Made by a program: the position numbers and the translations under genes. The notes below the pieces were generated by a model that saw only the letters and a list, made by a program, of their open reading frames with translations, was not told the DNA's origin and made no database searches. From assembly GCA_002269645.1 (NCBI GenBank), contig NIVC01004106.1:1-60558 (forward strand): a stretch of 60,558 nucleotides of DNA. The letters run 5' to 3'. Positions 57,875 through 60,558 of the stretch are shown here, one piece after another; the first letter of the stretch is position 1, and every line of letters starts with the position of its first letter. This DNA comes from Macrostomum lignano (lineage: Eukaryota).

Positions 57875-60558
57875 CTAGACCAGTCGGATGCGCTTCAGCT
57901 GATCGTGGGATGCGGGCGTCAGCGCATAGTGTCCGTAGGGCAGGCTTCGATTACTGCTAAGCCACACTCGCTTATCCTCCCACACCGATAGGCTTCTTTT
58001 CTCCATGACCGACGTGAAGATTTCGTGTTTCTTGGAAACAATCGCTGTCATGGCAACCATCTGCTCTTGCTTGGACTCGAACGCGTCGACATAGTTCGCA
58101 TGCGAAATTTGCTGTCTTACTACTGACTGCTTACGCCTTTGGCAGTTTTCTTGATCTTTGCACTCGAATTCTCGGCAGGGAGAAACGAATAAAGTTTTGG
58201 ACGCAAAAGAATCCACTCCTGGTAAATTCCACCAGCAGATTCATCTTTAACGCAGCCCAGCTTTCCTTTTAACTCTTCAGAGAAATGCGGATGGTCTCGA
58301 GAATAGTTGGATGTGTCAAGTATTTTTCCTCTCTAAGCTTCGGGATTACCTCCGATGTTAAATCATGATTCTTGAAAGCTAGAAAAAATGAGTCAGTATC
58401 ACCTCCGCAAAGCATCATGTCTCTGGAACCGTCTGAATGACAGAACAGCGGTCGAGCCTGTCATATAGTAGGCTGTACATGGCCATCTTAGAGAGATCGA
58501 GAACTGCCTGGCCAACGAAAATGGCCTTGTCAAGCGTGACTTTATCTTTTTTGAGCTGAAAAATGCTCAACGACTCATTGATAATCGAGAATGCGGCACA
58601 GTTTGGTCGAGAGGTGCAAGTTTCTGCTTGAGTCTGGTTAGTGCAAATTCGAACATCGCATCTTTTTCGAACGTTCTCCATAGTTTTTCCAAAGAGAGAA
58701 TTGTTTTCAATTTGTAAAAATCCTTAGCAAACTCGGAAGTTGCCAAAGCTCTTTTTCATTGTTGCTGGCAATGTACGGCGCGAAAATATTTTCCTGCTTG
58801 AACGAAATCATTTTTTTGACGCACTTGATCCGCATTCCGTGTTGCAGGTAAAATCTTAAAACGGTGCTGTGAACTACGTAAGATCCTTGTCGGTACAGGT
58901 GAGTAGAAGCTTCTCCGTTGCTTGAAACTTAGCTTCAGCATTGCCGTTCGCTGTTCAGCAATCTCTTTCCATAGTTCGGCCATGTACGGCGAGAATTGAT
59001 CTGGCTGTGGTTTTGATTTTTCAGGTGCAAACGGTAACTCCTGAGTCGAATCGTGAATCTCAGCTGGGTATTCTAGATCGAGTTGAACAAGGTAGGCGAT
59101 CTCGGCTTCTGGATTGAGTGACAGAAACCGATTGGAGTCCCAGAACTGGATTTCTGTTCCGGTACCCACCTGAATTCCCTGCATGGAAGCGGAAGCGACA
59201 GGGCAAAGCCATACAAGTTGTTCATATCGATCGGCATGAGGCTTACACTCTCTTGCTGATCATCATAACCTGGCAAGCTAGGATTATTACCTTTGACGCA
59301 ATGCACATTAATGAAGGACATGCCTCCTCGTATTCCTTCTCAAACAGATGATACATGTCAGCATCAGTCAGCTGCTCTAGAACCACTCCAGTCGACTTTA
59401 GAGCTGAGTCGTAAGACAAACCAGGAGTAGTAAAGTAGTGTACCGGATCCAATCCGTCCTCTTTCAGACTGGCCTGTCGGAATGTCTCGAAAATGTCAGC
59501 CAGCTGCCTTACATCCATTTCAAGATAGGCGAGCATATAATCCTTCAAACTTTTGCATTGAAATGCCGCCCATGCCGCTCTTGCTCTATTGTAGTCGTCG
59601 TCGGAAATTCCCCTATCGGAAAGTCGATTAAAAAAGCATCTTTAGGCGGCAAAACCGACTGCTCGAGAATCTCAAATCCTGTGAGGTAATCATATGGGAA
59701 GATCCCTTTTTTTCGAAGTAGCTCTCTTGAAGATGTGGTCTTGACTCAAGCATTTGCATTGTCAGCTTGCATTCAGCTTCGGGAAGATTAGCAAACAAAT
59801 TGGACAAACTTCCTTCAAAAGCAGAGCGAGTCGATGAACTGAATTGTAAACATGATTGGCACAACTTTTCCGTTCTTTACGTAACTTGCAACGGGAATTC
59901 CGCCTTAGTGACAAGTATCGCTCGATGATTGCGGAACAACACTAAGTTTCCAATTTTTCATGCTCCCAAGCGCAGTGGAAAGTAGAAGATGAAGGTCGTA
60001 GCCACCTAAGTTGTGAAAAACCAGGGGCAGAAACCGCGTCGGAGCTGTGCTCGCAGGTTGCATTCTTGACATGCTGCACCTTTGTACTGTCCATTTAAAT
60101 GATCGTGGTCAAAATGTTTATCTGTAGAACTTTTAAAGTTCTTCTTGCAGTAGTGACATACCTCAGCAGAATTGAAATCATCCATGACGGTCGCGGATGA
60201 TCGGTCAGCCGGCTGGTGGCTATGCTTCTGGTTCCAGTGAAATATATCCTGAGCCAGGCTTTCAGAGATTTGAGAAACCAAGGATACACTCATCAGGGTC
60301 CGCATTGCAAAAGACCTTGTACATGTCTCCTTCTGGCCTAAGCGGAGGTCCTGTCATGCCTTCACGAGGCACTGCAAGAAAACTGCTGCACATGGTTCAT
60401 GCTTTGAGATCAGGTTAGCAGGGTCTGTGTTCGCTCGCAAAATGGCTTCCAGGTCGGCATAGGCAACGAATGGTGGACTGACAGTGTTTTGACAGTTTCG
60501 GAACTTATTATTTCATTCTGTCCTGGAACTGGAAGCGTTTCTTTGACAGGATTTTCTG
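57875..60558 (-). pseudogene. Protein-primed DNA polymerase B with an endonuclease-VII-like insert; many frameshifts; N-terminus outside the window
   Basis: CHYC..DHDHLNGQYKGAACQECN; HNL.GYDLH; YLEMDV; motif A DMNNLYG; motif B KLK(N)NSLFGKTMENVRKR; motif C GGDTDSFF; C-terminal EDKR..SLPYGH. Confidence 0.93.

Larger units (their letters stand above)
48411..60558 (+). mobile_element. Polinton/Maverick (adintovirus-like endogenous virus), left part; continues beyond the window
   Basis: AGTAGTAGTAG terminus; repeat-rich terminal region; INT, penton, hexon, protease, ATPase and convergent pPolB. Confidence 0.95.

Noticed and set aside
49225-60418. Short antisense or overlapping ORFs across the Polinton (and 10-5635 plus-strand ORFs opposite RepHel)
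   Set aside because: Shadows of the real genes on the other strand or frame; no independent motifs.

Overview
Animal-type (eukaryotic) DNA made almost entirely of nested mobile elements; I see no convincing host gene, rRNA, tRNA gene or CRISPR. (1) 1-7017, minus: an autonomous Helitron RepHel gene. It has an OTU-like protease, a Zn-finger/DUF6570-like region, an HUH-Y2 Rep and a PIF1 helicase. Two upstream exons that I reconstructed add an AT-hook-like motif. (2) About 6.2-33 kb: at least three families of non-autonomous Helitrons. Several are joined precisely head-to-tail (CTAG|TC) and carry interchangeable minisatellites. (3) 33-41.7 kb: a GC-rich repeat exon, a 179-190 bp satellite with higher-order structure, orphan ORFs beside an LTR/PBS-like segment, and a P-like foldback MITE. 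(4) 45.3-47.7 kb: an EnSpm/CACTA-type transposase. (5) 48411 to the window end: a Polinton/Maverick (adintovirus-like) element with PC4-like protein, integrase-chromodomain, penton, basic core protein, hexon, adenain, ATPase, two conserved ORFs, a DEDD-like protein and pPolB. Most notably, this element also carries a two-repeat TATA-binding-protein (TBP) homolog. The TBP, the PC4-like gene and TATA-box promoters suggest a virus-like element with its own Pol II initiation factors. Most gene disruptions are single-base indels, many in homopolymer runs, and may be long-read assembly errors. All assignments come from reading motifs by eye; no database searches were run.
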